Part shown: in pieces, positions 16,466-24,527 of the stretch
How the letters are laid out: every line of letters starts with the position of its first letter
Position numbering within the stretch: the first letter of the stretch is position 1
Source: a virus
Lineage: Duplodnaviria > Caudoviricetes
DNA length: 25,635 nucleotides
IMG/VR virus record: IMGVR_UViG_3300033067_001989
Coordinates: 1 to 25,635 of that record
Strand: one strand, 5' to 3'
Notes under the pieces: model-generated
What the model saw: only the letters and a program-made list of their open reading frames with translations
Databases searched by the model: none
Told to the model about the DNA's origin: nothing
Program-made: the position numbers and the translations under genes

Positions 16466-18162
16466 TGGCTTCGGTCTATCGAAAGAAGGGCGGCTCGACC
16501 TGGTACGTCAGCGTCAAGAACGCCCTCGGTGAGCATGAGTCCCACGCCACCAAGGCCCAGACCAAGACCGAGGCCAAAGCCCTGGCCATCGAGATGGAAC
16601 TGCAGGCCGAACGCCAGCGCCTGGGCCTCGAGGTCCGGGACAGCGCGATGACGTTCGGCGAGCTCGCTGCGGCCTGGTTGAAGGACCACGGCAGCCGGCT
16701 GCGCTCGCACAAGGATGAGGAGGGGCGCATCAACCTCCACCTCCTGCCGACCCTGGGCTCTCTACGCCTGCGCCAGGTGACGCCTCACAAGCTGGATCAG
16801 CTCTGGACGACCAAGCTCGAGACGCACTCGGCGCAGACGGTGGTCCACCTTCGCGGCCTGGTGCAGCGGATGTACGAGAAGGCCAAGCGCTGGAAGCTCT
16901 GGACCGGGGACAACCCGGCGACCCTGAGCGAGGCTCCCAAGGTGGTCCGCAAGCCAGTCCAGTTCGCCTCCGTGGCCGAGGTGGAGGCGGTCCTCAAGGC
17001 GGCCACGGGTGAGTTCCGGGTGCTGGTGGCCGCGGCCGTCTTCACCGGGATCCGAGAGGGCGAGCTTCTGGCGCTGACCCGGGAGCGCGTCGACCTCGAG
17101 CGGGGCCATATCCTGGTGGTGAAGACCGAGGGCCAGGAGACGACCAAGGGCGGGAAGTGGCGGCCCGTCCCAGTCCCGGAGGCGCTCAAGGTCATCCTCA
17201 AGGCCCACCTGAAGGGCCTGGTGGGCGAGCGCCTGTTCCCGGAGCACGCCCGCTACAAGGGCGGAGGGGTCCGCACCGTCATCATGCGGGAGCTCGACAA
17301 GACGCTGATCGCGGCCGGGCTGGTGGTGCGCTGGGACCACATCTGCCGGCGCAAGTCATGCCGCAAGGTCGAGGAACACCCGGACGGCACCCAGCGCAAG
17401 TGCTCAGCCTGTGGATACGCGCTCTGGCCCAGGCCGCTTCCCAAGGAGCTGACGTTCCACCAGCTCCGGCACAGCTACATCAGCCACCTGTTGATGGGCG
17501 GCGCCGACCCGTTCGCGGTTCAGCGCATCGCTGGGCACGCCAGCCTCGAGATCACGCTGGGGACGTACGGCCACGCGACGACGGGCTATCTGGGGGAGCA
17601 GGCGAAGAAGCTGCCGGACTTCCTACCCGGTTCCTACCCGGAGGATCCGAGCCCTTTTGAAGGGGCCCAGGATGCTGAGCCAACCACTGGTAATGATGGG
17701 GGAAATGCTGGACGTCCCTGGAGGGATTCGAACCCTCGTTACCGGCTTGAAAGTTCAGCGCCCGTTCAGCCACCACGGACACCCAGAGACACCACAGCCA
17801 CCAGCCCCTCTTATACGGGCGTTTCAGAGGGGGGCAAGGGTGTCGCTCGGACACCAGGGAACACCTCAGCACAGCCGGTTTCCTACCCGGCTCCTACCCG
17901 AGTCGAGCCGGCCCTGACGGTCGCGGAGGTGGCCAGGTGGCTCGCTGTGAGCACTGCAACGGTCTACGCGATGTGCAAGGAAGGCCGTCTGCCCCATCGG
18001 CGCCTGCCCAGGGGCGGCATCCGGTTCGACCGGGCCACGGTCGAGGCCTGGCTCCAGGAGCAGGAAGTGCGGGGAGAGCTCCGCGCCCGGGCTGTCACCT
18101 CCGAGCGCAGACTCCGCGTCGAGCGGCAACCGAGCGGGTTCCCCTTTGCCTGCCTGGGGTAG
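16465..18162 (+). CDS. int: Tyrosine integrase (565 aa) with Cys-rich insert, internal attP and C-terminal HTH_17 domain
   Basis: TGIREGELLAL (R), FHQLRHSY (HxxR), AGHAS..IT...YGH (H, Y); C-terminal LTVAEVARWLAVSTATVYAMCKEGRLP...IRF. Confidence 0.92.
   Translation: MASVYRKKGGSTWYVSVKNALGEHESHATKAQTKTEAKALAIEMELQAERQRLGLEVRDSAMTFGELAAAWLKDHGSRLRSHKDEEGRINLHLLPTLGSLRLRQVTPHKLDQLWTTKLETHSAQTVVHLRGLVQRMYEKAKRWKLWTGDNPATLSEAPKVVRKPVQFASVAEVEAVLKAATGEFRVLVAAAVFTGIREGELLALTRERVDLERGHILVVKTEGQETTKGGKWRPVPVPEALKVILKAHLKGLVGERLFPEHARYKGGGVRTVIMRELDKTLIAAGLVVRWDHICRRKSCRKVEEHPDGTQRKCSACGYALWPRPLPKELTFHQLRHSYISHLLMGGADPFAVQRIAGHASLEITLGTYGHATTGYLGEQAKKLPDFLPGSYPEDPSPFEGAQDAEPTTGNDGGNAGRPWRDSNPRYRLESSAPVQPPRTPRDTTATSPSYTGVSEGGKGVARTPGNTSAQPVSYPAPTRVEPALTVAEVARWLAVSTATVYAMCKEGRLPHRRLPRGGIRFDRATVEAWLQEQEVRGELRARAVTSERRLRVERQPSGFPFACLG
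17620..17900. other. Intact attP site inside int (core plus both arm-repeat pairs)
   Basis: (T/C)TCCTACCCG(G) tandem pairs at 17620-17641 and 17880-17900 flank a tRNA 3'-half core. Confidence 0.8.
17709..17753 (-). other. att core: 3' half of tRNA-Glu(TTC), not a full tRNA gene
   Basis: Minus strand reads CTTTCAA GCCGG TAAC GAGGG TTCGAAT CCCTC CAGGGAC G TCCA: anticodon loop, 3' anticodon stem, variable loop, T arm, acceptor 3' strand. No D arm or 5' stem upstream. Confidence 0.85.
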
Positions 18163-18469
18163 GCACCGACACCCGGCGAAGCAGGTTGGCCCAGGAAGCG
18201 ACGACGGCGCCGACGGGTAGACCGGGGAGGCCAGAGCAGGAAGGACAGCACAGCGAGGCCCACGCGCCCGCCAGCAGCTCCACCTCGGAGCCTGGCGGGC
18301 GCTGGTGTTTGAAGTCGTCCAGGCTTACGGGGGCTTGCAGGTTCAAGGTCTGCCTTACGGGGTAGGCGAAATGGAGGACGGAGAAGGCGCCAGCAGTGCC
18401 AGCGAGAGGGATAGGGAGAGAGTAAAAGAGAGAGAGGACCCCTCCCACCCCCTCTATTCCCCACTCTCT

Positions 18470-18535
18470 AGTGCTGGCACCCTCTGCCAGCACTCGCCAG
18501 CACTCGCCAGCACTCGCCAGCACTCGCCAGCACTC
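18470..18535. repeat. Iteron cluster 2: 5 x GCCAGCACTC tandem plus one inverted copy; putative origin
   Basis: Perfect 10-bp tandem at 18486-18535, inverted AGTGCTGGCA at 18470-18479, preceded by a purine tract then a pyrimidine tract. Confidence 0.8.
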
Positions 18536-18995
18536 CGTCACCCCCGCGAGGGCGAGGGAAATGGAAGCTCTCCCCCACCCCTGTTTCTGCCTCAGGGCCT
18601 CTCAGGCTGGGCGCTGCAGCCAAAATCGAGGTGAGGAAGGACCTTCTCTCCCGCACCCCCTCGACGGGGTGTGATGGCGGAACTCCCGAGTTGGTGAGCA
18701 CCTCCCAGGAGGCTTCTCCCAATCACGCCTCGAGCTCACCGGAGTCCCCTTGGTGTGAGCCCGAGGGTCAGGCCGGGAATCATCGGAGCCGCTCACACAT
18801 GAGGCTGCTCCGGTGAAGATTTTCACCCTTGGCCCGATTCCCCAGTGATTCCCGGCGAGTGGGCGTTTCGCCTCCCGATGTGCTCAGAACAGCACCGGAA
18901 CAGCAGCTCGCTGGCGCTCCCCGAACGACCTGGGCCGAAACCGGGGCGCGAAGTCTGAGAACAGACTTGAAACAGACCGATCGGAGCTGCGCCTG

Positions 18996-19112
18996 AGTTT
19001 TGCGACCCGCCCAGGAAGGTCGGTCGCGTCGCAAAACTGCCGTGCGTTGGCTCAGTCACCACTCGGCTTTTGTCACTCGCCCATGCGAGACGCTCGGGTG
19101 ACAAAAGCCGAG
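18996..19112. repeat. Two adjacent inverted repeats (11 bp and 15 bp)
   Basis: AGTTTTGCGAC / GTCGCAAAACT (18996-19038) and CTCGGCTTTTGTCAC / GTGACAAAAGCCGAG (19062-19112). Confidence 0.75.
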
Positions 19113-19234
19113 CCTGGTAGGCCGCTCAGAACAGCGGATGAGCAGCGGGCGGGCTCTCACTCATGCTAGCGCCCTTGTGTGCTTGGACGCGGGCACAGTC
19201 GCTCCCATCTGTAGGGGCATGGACTCTTACCTCC

Positions 19235-19504
19235 ATGCTCGCGATCACCACCGTCAGGCTGCCGCGCTCCCTCCTGGAGGGCGTCCATCGGCACTGGCCC
19301 CAGCTCTCCAAGAACCCCGCGGTGGCTGCGCTGGCCAGCCAGGGCAAGGAGTCGGCCCGGCCCGTCAACAGCATCAAGGCGACCCTCTTCCTGGCTCTGG
19401 CCGACCTCGAGGCGGGTTTCCTGCCAGGTGAGGCGGCCAAGCTCAGGCAGGAGCGTGACGCCCTGGCCCGCCGGGTGGCAGAGCTGGAAGGCCGCGGTGG
19501 CTGA
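19235..19504 (+). CDS. Hypothetical protein, RHH-like start and coiled-coil end (89 aa; start uncertain)
   Basis: ITTVRLPRSLLEGV...KLRQERDALARRVAELE; first of a closely spaced run leading to TAC2/TMP2. Confidence 0.55.
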   Translation: MLAITTVRLPRSLLEGVHRHWPQLSKNPAVAALASQGKESARPVNSIKATLFLALADLEAGFLPGEAAKLRQERDALARRVAELEGRGG

Positions 19505-19506
19505 CC

Positions 19507-19884
19507 ATGCGGAGGCGCTGGGCCACCCGGGACACGCCCGATGGGACCTGCTGGGTGTGCGGCAACGCTTGCCCGGAGAGCAAGGGGAACCGTCGCTGGG
19601 AGGTGTGCTCAGACCTCTGTGCCAAGGACCGCAAGGCCGCCTTCGACCTGCTCCGGGCCCGGCTTCGTCGTCGTCGGTGCCAGCTCTGCCAGGCCAAGCC
19701 CACCGAGGGCTCCAAATACTGCGGCACCCACCTCCACCGTCGAGACCCCTGCCCGAGCTGCGGCGGCAAGGTGAGGCGCGGCGAGGGCAGGGGCTGTCAT
19801 CCCACCTACTGCGCTGACTGCCGGAGAAGGCCCCGGCCCAAGCGCACCCGGACGCCCACCAACCCAGAGGACGCCACCCGATGA
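19507..19884 (+). CDS. Cys-rich multi-zinc-finger protein (125 aa)
   Basis: CWVC, CSDLC, CQLC, CGTH, CPSC and CADC motifs. Confidence 0.65.
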   Translation: MRRRWATRDTPDGTCWVCGNACPESKGNRRWEVCSDLCAKDRKAAFDLLRARLRRRRCQLCQAKPTEGSKYCGTHLHRRDPCPSCGGKVRRGEGRGCHPTYCADCRRRPRPKRTRTPTNPEDATR

Positions 19885-20174
19885 CCTCCAGCCACGCCCA
19901 GGCCCTTGCAGTCGTTGCCGACCTCCAGCCCCACAGCCTCCAGGTGTCGGCCGTCCTGGCTGACCTCCAGCCCCACCTCGAGGCCCTCGCCTCCGTCCGG
20001 CCCTTCCTCGACCTGGAGGCGCAGGTCCGACCCTTCACCCAGCAGCTTGCTGTTCACCTCGACGCGCTCGCCCAGGCGTCGGCAACCCGGAGCACCCATG
20101 TTCAGCCAGTCCCGGCCTTTCCCGTCCGCCCTCCTTGCCCCTGCCAGCGACACCTCCGGGGGTGCTGCCCCTGA
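19881..20174 (+). CDS. Hypothetical protein with internal repeats (97 aa)
   Basis: GAGGA RBS, ATGA coupling; ADLQPH x2 and VRPF x2. Confidence 0.5.
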   Translation: MTSSHAQALAVVADLQPHSLQVSAVLADLQPHLEALASVRPFLDLEAQVRPFTQQLAVHLDALAQASATRSTHVQPVPAFPVRPPCPCQRHLRGCCP

Positions 20175-20598
20175 CCAGATGGAGGCATCCAACCAGGCCC
20201 AGCCGCCCCCGCCACCCCCGCCCGTCCGACTGGACCGCAACGACTCCCGGCGGGAGCTGCTGGCCACCCGGCGCCAGTTCACCCTGGCCTCGTTCGACGG
20301 CAAGGAGTTCGCGCTCGTCCGGCCCAACGCCCGGCAGCAAGCCGACATGTTCACCAGGAGCAGGCGCGGAGAGGCCAAGGAGGCCGACGGGCTGCTCCTG
20401 TTGATTCAGGCGCTCATCCTCACGCTGCACACGGTCGACGAGGCGGGCCAGCCCCACATGCCCGTGTTCGAGCAAGCGGACGTCGCCGCCCTCGAGGAAG
20501 GCAGCAGCGACAAGGGTAGCCTCCTGAACACGCTCGGCGCCCAGGCGCTGAACTACGTCCTGGAGAAGGGCGACTTCGGGGCCGTCCGAAAAAACTGA
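20098..20598 (+). CDS. Tail assembly chaperone copy 2 (element-borne; alternative start 20179)
   Basis: Clear paralogue of 2406-2867 (DSRRELLATRR.F.L..F.GKEFALVRPNARQ...QALNYVLEKGDFGAVRKN); GGAG before ATG 20098. Confidence 0.85.
   Translation: MFSQSRPFPSALLAPASDTSGGAAPDQMEASNQAQPPPPPPPVRLDRNDSRRELLATRRQFTLASFDGKEFALVRPNARQQADMFTRSRRGEAKEADGLLLLIQALILTLHTVDEAGQPHMPVFEQADVAALEEGSSDKGSLLNTLGAQALNYVLEKGDFGAVRKN
20589..20595 (+). promoter_or_regulatory. -1 frameshift heptamer A AAA AAC (copy 2)
   Basis: Same context as copy 1; the -1 frame is open to TGA at 20811-20813. Confidence 0.85.
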
Positions 20599-20813
20599 GG
20601 GCCTCGCCCGAGCTCCAACACCTCTGCGTCGTCGGCGAGCGCCTGGGCAGGACGCTGACGGAAGTGGGGGAGATGGACCCGGACGAGGTTGCTACCTGGC
20701 TCGCGTTCTTTGAGCTCAAGGCGGAGTGGGAGCGCGAGGCCATTGAAGAAGCCCGACTCAAAGCAGAGCGCGAGCGTGAGCGGCAGAGCACGAAGCCCAG
20801 GAGGGGCAGATGA
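20595..20813 (+). CDS. Frameshifted extension of TAC copy 2 (gpT part)
   Basis: LRASPELQHLCVVGERLGRTLTEVGEMDPDEVATWLAFFELKAEWEREAIEEARLKAERERERQSTKPRRGR; stop overlaps the TMP2 ATG. Confidence 0.8.
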   Translation: MRASPELQHLCVVGERLGRTLTEVGEMDPDEVATWLAFFELKAEWEREAIEEARLKAERERERQSTKPRRGR

Positions 20814-23800
20814 GCACTCAGGTCGGAGCGGTCAGCGTTGGCGTCACGGCAGACGTGGGGCAGTACCTCCAGCAGATGCTCCAGGTCGGGCGCACCACGC
20901 GCAACGCCATGGAGGACCTGTTGGACCTGGCCAAGGCCGAGGCGGCCCAGCGAGAGGCCGCAGCCTCCGCCGCCAGGGAGGAGGCGAACCTGGCCTCTTC
21001 GATGCGCCAGGCCAGTGCCGCCGCCAAGTCGCACGGGCTCTCCCTGGCCGACCTCGCTGGCGGGTACAACCTCGCCAAGGAGGCGGCCACAGCCCTCGCG
21101 TCGACAGCAGAGGAGCTGATCGGCGCCGCCAACGACCTGAGCCCCCAGGGCGCCATCGCCTACGGCAACGCGATGGTCACCCTCCAGGACAACGTACACG
21201 CCGCAGCGGGCGCGCTCGGTGAGGCCCTGCGCCCCGCCATCATGTGGGTGATCAACGGCGCCACCGACCTCGCCAAGGTCGTCGCTCGGATCGATTGGAC
21301 CAAGGTCGAGCGCGAGGCCCTGAACTTCGTCGGAGGCGTGAAGGAGGCCCTCTCCGAGGCCGGGTCCTGGGTGGGCTCGACCCTCCATGACCTGGCCGTG
21401 GGCGTGGCCCGCACCCTGGTGTTCCCCTTCCAGGTGCTTCAGGAGGCCATCGCGGCAGCCCTCTCCGGAGCCCTGTCTCTGGCGTCCGGCACCTTCGACA
21501 AGATCGCCAGGCTGATCGACGCGGTGGGCCTCGGCGACAAGGTGAAGGAACTCACCGGGTTCGATGCCGGCGCTGTCGCCAAGTCGCTCGCCGCAGCCAG
21601 CGAGGCCGCCAAGAAGGAGGCGGCCAAGCTCGACCTGGGCCAGCAGCTGACCGACGGTGCGATAGGCGCGGCCAGTGGCTTTGGTCAGGCCCTGTACGAC
21701 TCCGGCAAGGCCGCGCTCACCGACCTGCTCAACACCTCCAAGGACTTCGGGGCAATGCTCCTGAAGCCAGAGAAGTCGGCCCCACCAGCCCACCACCTGA
21801 ACGCTGGAGACGAGGCCGCAGCTGGAGCGGAGCGGGCCCTCGTCCAGTTCAACGCTGGCTTTGACCAGATGGTGAACAAGCTCTCAACCGGCGCCCAGCA
21901 GGCGGCTGACATCCTCAACAAGGCCGCAGACCAGGAGATGGCCAAGCGGGCAGCCATCGCCCAGACCGCTGTCGAGAACGCCGAGGAAGCCCTCCAGAAG
22001 GCCTACGGCGAGTCCAACACCAAGAAGGTGGAGGCGGCCCGGCAGGCCCTCGCTCTCGCAATCGAGGAGCTTGAGCGCCGCCAGGACGCGGCCATGGAGG
22101 AGAAGCGCAACCAGATCGAGGCAGCCCACGAGGTCGCCGCCCAGCGCAAGGAGGAGGCGGACAACCTCATGGCGGCGGCCGAGAAGGCCAAGACTGTCTA
22201 TTCCGAGGCCACCAAGGAGTTCGAGGCGTTCGCCAAGGCCAACCAGCTCGACAGAGACGGCGCCAAGAGGTCGAAGCAGGCCATGGAGGACGCCAAGGCC
22301 GCAGCCGAGACCACCAAGGCCGGGGCGGAGCAGGCCGGGGAGATCTCCAAGCAGGCTGCCGCCTCCGAGGGGAAGCTCCGGGTGGAGTACGCCGAGCTGG
22401 CCGGGAAGCAGACGGTGGAGGCCGGGAAGCGGGCAGCCAAGGAACAGCGGGACGCGGCCGACTACGCCGCTCGCACCTCGCTCCAGAGCTACACCTCCAG
22501 CCTGGGCAAGGACCTGTTGACCGGGGCGGGCGGCACCCTGGGCTCGGTGGCGCAAGGTGCCTTCTCCGGCATGGAGAAGATGGGCGGCGATCCCGTCGGC
22601 GCCCTGATCGGTGGCATCGCTGGGCTGCTCACGAAGAGCAAGGGCTTCTCTGAGCTGATCGACTCGGTGAACGAGATCCTGGACTCGGTGGGCGACGCCG
22701 CAGGCAAGTTGCTCGAGGGCATCACCCCGCTGACCAGGATGCTCGCCCAGTCCCTGGCCCCGCTGTTGGAGGGGCTCGGCGAGGCGGCTGGCGCTGTCGC
22801 TCAGGGCCTCATCTCTGCGGTCATGCCCGCGATGCCCGGCATCTACCAGCTCTCGACGGCGCTCGGAGAGCTGCTCCATGCGATTGCCCCGGTCATCCCG
22901 CCCATCCTCGAGCTGGCGTACATCCTCACGCTGGAGGCCCCCGCGATGGTCGCGCTGACGGCTGCAGCCGGCCCGCTCGCGCTGGGCCTGGAGTACGTGG
23001 CCGAGGGGCTGAATTTTGTCACCCAGGGCATCGGCGGTTTCTGGAACGAGGCGATCGACGCCTTCCAGAAGATGCTCCAGGAACTGGGCCAGATCCCGGT
23101 GGTGGGCAGCACCCTGACCACGCTGGCGGGCTCTCTCGACTCCTGGAAGGTCCACCTGGACGCCTCGGCCATGGCGCTCTCGGCTGTGGCTCCGGCAAGC
23201 GAACAGGTGCGCTCGGCCTTTGAGCAGCTCGCAAACCAGGCCTACGCCCAGCTCCACACGGCCCAGGATGCTGCGCTGAAGTCGGACGCGCTGGGAGCCG
23301 CAGCAACCCAGGCCGAGGCCGCTGCCGCAGCCAACCCGAACGACCCTGTGCTCCAGGCCTACGCCGAGGCGGTCCGGAAGGCAGCCGACGACGCGAGCAA
23401 GCAGGCTGTGGCCGCCATGGATCAGTACCGGGTCGACCAGGCCGAGGCGAACCTCTCCCAGTACGCCCCGGGCACCCAGGACTACAGCAACGCCCTCGGC
23501 GCCCTCTCGGCTGCGCTCGGCCAGCAGGCCTACGACGCCGCCCAGAACACCGCCGCCACGAAGGACAACACCCGCGCGACGAACACCCTGGGCGGCATCC
23601 TGAACGCTCCCCAGGGCTTCAAGCTGGAGGGCTACCAGTACGCCGCCATCGGGGCCCGTTCGGCGCTCGATGCTGGCGCCGTGGCTCAGGCCCCAACGCG
23701 GATCGGCGGCCGCGCGCCAGCAGGCGGCATCAACGTCGGGGTCATCAACATCAGCCTCCCCAACGTCACCAAGCCGGAGGACTTCGCGGACGAGCTCGCG

Positions 23801-23890
23801 AAGGCTATGCAGAAGCTGACCTTCCGCAGGACTGGCACCATGGCGCCATCGCTGCCAGGCGGAAGATTCTCCACCTCTGGCCAGAGTTGA
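20810..23890 (+). CDS. Tape measure protein copy 2 (1026 aa)
   Basis: Paralogue of TMP1 with a diverged N-terminal third, identical centre and diverged C-terminal 90 aa. Confidence 0.9.
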   Translation: MSTQVGAVSVGVTADVGQYLQQMLQVGRTTRNAMEDLLDLAKAEAAQREAAASAAREEANLASSMRQASAAAKSHGLSLADLAGGYNLAKEAATALASTAEELIGAANDLSPQGAIAYGNAMVTLQDNVHAAAGALGEALRPAIMWVINGATDLAKVVARIDWTKVEREALNFVGGVKEALSEAGSWVGSTLHDLAVGVARTLVFPFQVLQEAIAAALSGALSLASGTFDKIARLIDAVGLGDKVKELTGFDAGAVAKSLAAASEAAKKEAAKLDLGQQLTDGAIGAASGFGQALYDSGKAALTDLLNTSKDFGAMLLKPEKSAPPAHHLNAGDEAAAGAERALVQFNAGFDQMVNKLSTGAQQAADILNKAADQEMAKRAAIAQTAVENAEEALQKAYGESNTKKVEAARQALALAIEELERRQDAAMEEKRNQIEAAHEVAAQRKEEADNLMAAAEKAKTVYSEATKEFEAFAKANQLDRDGAKRSKQAMEDAKAAAETTKAGAEQAGEISKQAAASEGKLRVEYAELAGKQTVEAGKRAAKEQRDAADYAARTSLQSYTSSLGKDLLTGAGGTLGSVAQGAFSGMEKMGGDPVGALIGGIAGLLTKSKGFSELIDSVNEILDSVGDAAGKLLEGITPLTRMLAQSLAPLLEGLGEAAGAVAQGLISAVMPAMPGIYQLSTALGELLHAIAPVIPPILELAYILTLEAPAMVALTAAAGPLALGLEYVAEGLNFVTQGIGGFWNEAIDAFQKMLQELGQIPVVGSTLTTLAGSLDSWKVHLDASAMALSAVAPASEQVRSAFEQLANQAYAQLHTAQDAALKSDALGAAATQAEAAAAANPNDPVLQAYAEAVRKAADDASKQAVAAMDQYRVDQAEANLSQYAPGTQDYSNALGALSAALGQQAYDAAQNTAATKDNTRATNTLGGILNAPQGFKLEGYQYAAIGARSALDAGAVAQAPTRIGGRAPAGGINVGVINISLPNVTKPEDFADELAKAMQKLTFRRTGTMAPSLPGGRFSTSGQS
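21911..23616 (+). repeat. Direct repeat copy B (1,706 bp), central part of TMP2
   Basis: Matches 4204-5909. Confidence 0.9.
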
Positions 23891-24445
23891 TCATCGGGGC
23901 GCCTTGGCTTTGGCCTCGTCGCACTCCTTCTCGCACTTCGAGTTGGCGTACTTGCAGACGATGACGTCGGCCGTCTTGAGGCAGGCCTTCCACTTCGTCT
24001 CACAGTTTGGCCGGCACTCAGTCAGCACCTTGTCGGCCGCGAGGCACTCGGCCACCACCGCCAGAGAGGCGTCTCCGAGGTCCTTCTCGGGGTGGAGACT
24101 GGCAGCAGAGATCTTGATCGCGGGAGGGCAGATCTCCGCCTTGCTCGACGCCCTCGAGATGGCCGCTCGCCAGTGCTCGATCGCCAGGGGTGCGTTCTTG
24201 TCGCGCTCGTAGTCGGAGGCGCACTGACGCTCCTGGGAATAGGTGCGGGGAGGCTGGCTCTCGGTTGCACACCGGGCCTCGAGGTCAGCAGCCCTTGCCC
24301 TGGCGTCGGCTTCGGCCTTTGCCGCCGCCTCGGCCTTGTTGCGCTCCTGCTTCTCCTGCCAGGCCCTCTCCTGTTCTGGCGTCGGCACCGTCTGGCACCC
24401 GGCCGCCAGCAGCACCGCCACTGCTACCCCTACCCCTCGTCGCAT
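23891..24445 (-). CDS. Cys-rich lipoprotein (184 aa), moron-like
   Basis: MRR plus hydrophobic stretch plus LAAG-C lipobox; GGAG RBS; counter-oriented in the tail operon, stop codon abuts the TMP2 stop. Confidence 0.75.
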   Translation of the reverse strand: MRRGVGVAVAVLLAAGCQTVPTPEQERAWQEKQERNKAEAAAKAEADARARAADLEARCATESQPPRTYSQERQCASDYERDKNAPLAIEHWRAAISRASSKAEICPPAIKISAASLHPEKDLGDASLAVVAECLAADKVLTECRPNCETKWKACLKTADVIVCKYANSKCEKECDEAKAKAPR

Positions 24446-24527
24446 GGTGTCTCCATAGGTTGTTTTGCTTGCCTACCACCTTGGGACGAGATTCGCGCCC
24501 ATCTCCTGCCGGGGGTCCGCTCGTTCG

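Larger units (their letters stand above)
5910..21910. mobile_element. Satellite/PICI-like integrative element (unit length 17,707 bp with one repeat copy) inside the phage tail operon
   Basis: Contains integrase, excisionase, primase-like and DUF3987 replication genes, iterons, divergent regulators, its own TAC/TMP 5' part and an intact attP. Flanked by the 1.7-kb TMP direct repeat; phage tail genes resume after 23890. Confidence 0.75.

Noticed and set aside
17709-17790. Complete tRNA-Glu gene
   Set aside because: Only the 3' half is present; the adjacent bases cannot form the 5' anticodon stem, D arm or acceptor 5' strand.
18486-18535. CRISPR array
   Set aside because: 10-bp tandem units with no spacers and no cas genes; better explained as iterons.
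18095-19104. Short ORFs in the post-integrase region
   Set aside because: They translate repeats and low-complexity tracts, lack clear RBS and show no typical codon bias; treated as non-coding.
4204-23616. Diversity-generating retroelement or invertible shufflon as the cause of the TMP duplication
   Set aside because: No reverse transcriptase, differences are not adenine-specific, repeats are direct, and no catalytic invertase is present.
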